Positions 61,367 to 64,000 of a DNA stretch of 64,000 bases are shown here, piece after piece. Below the pieces are notes generated by a model. It ran no database searches and was not told the DNA's origin. It saw only the letters and a program-made list of their open reading frames with translations. The first letter of the stretch is position 1. The number at the start of each line of letters is the position of its first letter. A program made the translations under genes and the position numbers. The stretch comes from an uncultured Planctomycetota bacterium (GTDB lineage: Bacteria; Planctomycetota; Planctomycetia; Pirellulales; Lacipirellulaceae): assembly GCA_963719315.1 (NCBI GenBank), contig CAVRBU010000006.1:160001-224000 (forward strand). Reading direction: 5' to 3'.

Positions 61367-62239
61367 CTATTGACGCAGTTCAACTTTGCCGAGCACCTCT
61401 GCCGCCGCTTCGGAGCGGTTGAGGACGTAGAAGTGAATGCCGGGGACGCCGGCAGCGACGAGGGCTTGCGTTTGTGCGGTGGCGAATTCGACGCCGATCT
61501 TGAATTGGTCGTCGGCTGCGTCGCCGGCCGCTTCCAGTCGGCGAACGAACGGGGCCGGAAGCTGAGCGCCGCATAGTGAGGTGATGCGCTTGATTTGGGC
61601 AAAATTCGTGACGGGTAAGAGACCGGGGACGATCGGCAGATGGATGCCGAGCGCGCGGCAGTTGTCGCGGAAGCGGAAGAAATCGTCGTTGTCATAAAAA
61701 AGCTGGGTGACGACAACATCGGCCCCGGCATCGACTTTGCGCTTGAGGTTTGCGAGGTCGATTTCCAAGCTGGGCGCTTCTTGATGTTTTTCCGGATAGC
61801 CGGCCACGGCGATGCCGAAGTCGGAAAACTCGTTGTGAATAAGAGAAACCAGTTCATTGGCGTAGCGAAAGCCGCCTTCGACGGGTCGAAACGCTGAGTC
61901 GCCCTGGGGCGGGTCGCCGCGTAGGGCAACCACGTTTGCGACGTTCAAGCTTTGCGCCGTTCTCAGGTATTCGCGAAGCTGATCGACCGTGCGGCCGACA
62001 CAGGTTAAATGCGTTGCCACGGGAAGTTGAAACTCGCGAAGTACTCGGGCGACAATTTCAAGCGTCAATTCCTGGGTCGAGCCTCCTGCGCCGTAGGTGC
62101 AAGTGATAAAGCTGGGGCGGAACTCAACTAACCGAGCGACGTGCTGAAATAGACTGGCGACGCCCTGCGGCGTTTTGGGCGGGAAGAGCTCGAACGAGAG
62201 GCCGAATTTGCCCGGCCCATATGCGGCGGAAAGCTTCAT
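61367..62239 (-). CDS. metF: 5,10-methylenetetrahydrofolate reductase
   Basis: SFELFPPK, TYGAGG, HLTC, ALRGD, AGYPEKH, TQLFYDN, HFYVLN. Confidence 0.96.
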   Translation of the reverse strand: MKLSAAYGPGKFGLSFELFPPKTPQGVASLFQHVARLVEFRPSFITCTYGAGGSTQELTLEIVARVLREFQLPVATHLTCVGRTVDQLREYLRTAQSLNVANVVALRGDPPQGDSAFRPVEGGFRYANELVSLIHNEFSDFGIAVAGYPEKHQEAPSLEIDLANLKRKVDAGADVVVTQLFYDNDDFFRFRDNCRALGIHLPIVPGLLPVTNFAQIKRITSLCGAQLPAPFVRRLEAAGDAADDQFKIGVEFATAQTQALVAAGVPGIHFYVLNRSEAAAEVLGKVELRQ

Positions 62240-62539
62240 GGCGATTCGGTGGTTGTGTCGCAAGGAGTGTGTTGTGGTTTCAGTCTAGCAGAGGGTACGG
62301 GATGCAGGGAGCAGGGAGCGAAACCGACTGCTATTTGCGCATGCCTCAAAGACGTTCGTTGGCATAACCTGCATATTCAATGCGACCTGATTGGGATGGC
62401 AGCCTCATGCGAACCAGGTGAAACCTCGGGGCGAGTACGGCGGTTGGGCGGTCGCCGAAAAAGCTAGGCTTTTACCAGCAGATACTTTTCGTTCGGTACT
62501 TGTCCGTGCAGGCTGGCCACATCGAGTGCAATAACGGCC

Positions 62540-63694
62540 ATGATTAGTTACACGCTGCTGCTTGTTCTTGGCGGTTGCCTGCTCGGCGCGATCCAGTTGA
62601 TGGTGGGCGTCGGGATTGGCATCTCGGCGCGCCGCCCCGCCGCGGACTCGGACGCGTATCGCCGCGGTCGGCACGACATGCTGCAGGCTGGCGCGATTGC
62701 CAAGCGGTTGCAGACGCTGGCCAACGAGATGTCGTCCAGCGTTGGGGCGCATCGGCAGGAATTGGAACAGGCCAGCCAACTGCTCGCGGTTGACGGCGAG
62801 AGTGGCGATGAGTCGATCGCCGATTTCGTGACGCGCGTCGTCGGCGATATCGTGCTCTCGAACCAGAATTTGCAGGCGAAGCTGGATACGGCCGAGGGCC
62901 GACTGCAGGAGCAGGCGGTTGAAATCGAGGCTCACATTTCGCGGTCGCTGACCGATCCGCTCACGGGTTTGCCAAATCGGCGCGAGTTCAACGAGCGACT
63001 GGAAGAGCGGATGGGGGCCTGGAATCGGAGGCGGGAAGTTTTTTCGCTGCTGCTCTTGGACGTGGACCATTTCAAAAAGCTGAACGATCAGTACGGCCAC
63101 TTGACGGGCGACCAGGTGCTCGCGTCGTTGGGCGGCGCGCTTCGCGGTGCGATCCGCCGCGAGGACGCGGTTGCCCGCTACGGCGGCGAAGAGTTTGCCA
63201 TACTCTTGCCGAACACTTCGTCGGAGCAGGCGGCGCTGGTGGCCCAAAAAGTGCGCGAAGCGGTGGCGCGGACGGTTGTGAATCACAATCAACGAAAGAT
63301 CGCGGTGACGGTCAGCTGCGGAATCGCGTCGATCCAGCCGAACGAGCGGGTGGAGACGATGATCCAGCGGGCGGATGCGGCCTTGTACGCGGCTAAAGCT
63401 GCTGGACGGAATTGTGCGTTCGTGCACGACGGCGCCGAGTGCCGATTGGCGGACGGAATCGCTACCCACTCAGCGGGGACTGCGGCGCGGCTGATCGAAC
63501 TGATCCACTCGCCAGAGGCGGAGAAGGCACCGGTGGAAAGCGAACCTGGCAACATAGAAGCGCCGGACTTTGGGTCGTATCTGCCGCGGGAGGCCATCTC
63601 GGCGGAGCTGGCGGAGACGTGCCAGGAACTGCGCCGATTCTTGAAAGAGCACGGCCACTCGGAAGAACCCTCATCGCCGGGACGACTGCAATAA
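62540..63694 (+). CDS. Membrane-anchored diguanylate cyclase
   Basis: DPLTGLPNRR, DVDHFK..ND.YGH, RRED I-site five residues before GGEEF. Confidence 0.95.
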   Translation: MISYTLLLVLGGCLLGAIQLMVGVGIGISARRPAADSDAYRRGRHDMLQAGAIAKRLQTLANEMSSSVGAHRQELEQASQLLAVDGESGDESIADFVTRVVGDIVLSNQNLQAKLDTAEGRLQEQAVEIEAHISRSLTDPLTGLPNRREFNERLEERMGAWNRRREVFSLLLLDVDHFKKLNDQYGHLTGDQVLASLGGALRGAIRREDAVARYGGEEFAILLPNTSSEQAALVAQKVREAVARTVVNHNQRKIAVTVSCGIASIQPNERVETMIQRADAALYAAKAAGRNCAFVHDGAECRLADGIATHSAGTAARLIELIHSPEAEKAPVESEPGNIEAPDFGSYLPREAISAELAETCQELRRFLKEHGHSEEPSSPGRLQ

Positions 63695-63722
63695 ATCGGT
63701 GGTAAGCGGCTTTGTCCAAAAA

Positions 63723-63815
63723 GTAGGTCCCGCTCGCCGAGCGGGACCTGAACTTGCTTTGCGACATTGTGAATTCGCTCAGGTCCCTTCCGGCAGAAGG
63801 GACCTACCAAGACTT
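63723..63815. repeat. GTAG-type REP-like inverted pair
   Basis: GTAGGTCCCGCTCGCCGAGCGGGACCT … AGGTCCCTTCCGGCAGAAGGGACCTAC; a related copy lies at about 40566-40602. Confidence 0.8.
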
Positions 63816-63877
63816 TTGGTGACGACCACGATTTGCAGCGGCGTCTGGCGCTACCCACTTTCGCGCTCCCGATTTGC

Positions 63878-64000
63878 GGGTGGGCGTCTTTTTTGTTGGT
63901 GGTATTAGACGGCAGTCTGAACCAGAAGCCTTCCCACTGTCCGGGCTGGCCGAGGAACAGGGCGCGGAGGTGGCAGACGCTGTCGCTGCCGGGCTCTCGC
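63878..64000 (-). mobile_element. Second copy of the same IS (cut by the window end)
   Basis: Matches 55811-55933 in the same orientation. Confidence 0.95.

Noticed and set aside
62240..62540. SAM riboswitch or sigma-54 promoter in the metF/GGDEF spacer
   Set aside because: No recognisable riboswitch core; TGGCATAACCTGC has GG-N8-GC spacing, not N10.
57340..63877. Already-mobilised composite transposon
   Set aside because: IS copy 1 has its own target duplication and splits a gene whose halves lie on either side, which indicates a simple insertion.

Overview
GC-rich bacterial chromosomal window. Gene content (DUF1592/DUF1552 pair, YTV-like Cys/Val repeat protein, HYExAFE protein, PEP-CTERM FGE-sulfatase-type protein, Ser/Thr kinase, ECF sigma factor) points to a planctomycete; this is inference. 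The centrepiece is a ~17.5 kb type II secretion/type IV pilus-like locus (18.9-36.4 kb). It has four minor pilins on the minus strand (one with a carbohydrate-binding module) and, on the plus strand, a major pilin, response regulator, histidine kinase, STAS protein, GspE/PilB, GspF/PilC, PilMNOP-like genes and a secretin. Other genes include hisS, metF, a moaB-like gene, an lplA-like gene, a DegT aminotransferase, a sulfite-oxidase-family enzyme and a GGDEF protein. There are two copies of an ISKra4-like IS, several decayed toxin-antitoxin modules and many short palindromic repeats. The most striking unexplained structure is a family of inverted arms made of tandem 7-mers (e.g. GGTGTCG/CGACACC) that sit at gene junctions. 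Most copies are empty. One encloses a complete four-helix-bundle gene between gspE and gspF, one lies in frame inside the lplA-like gene, and one appears to supply a prepilin leader. About ten genes carry apparent single-base frameshifts, probably sequencing or assembly indels. I recognised no rRNA, tRNA or CRISPR array. All family names come from motif recognition, not database searches.
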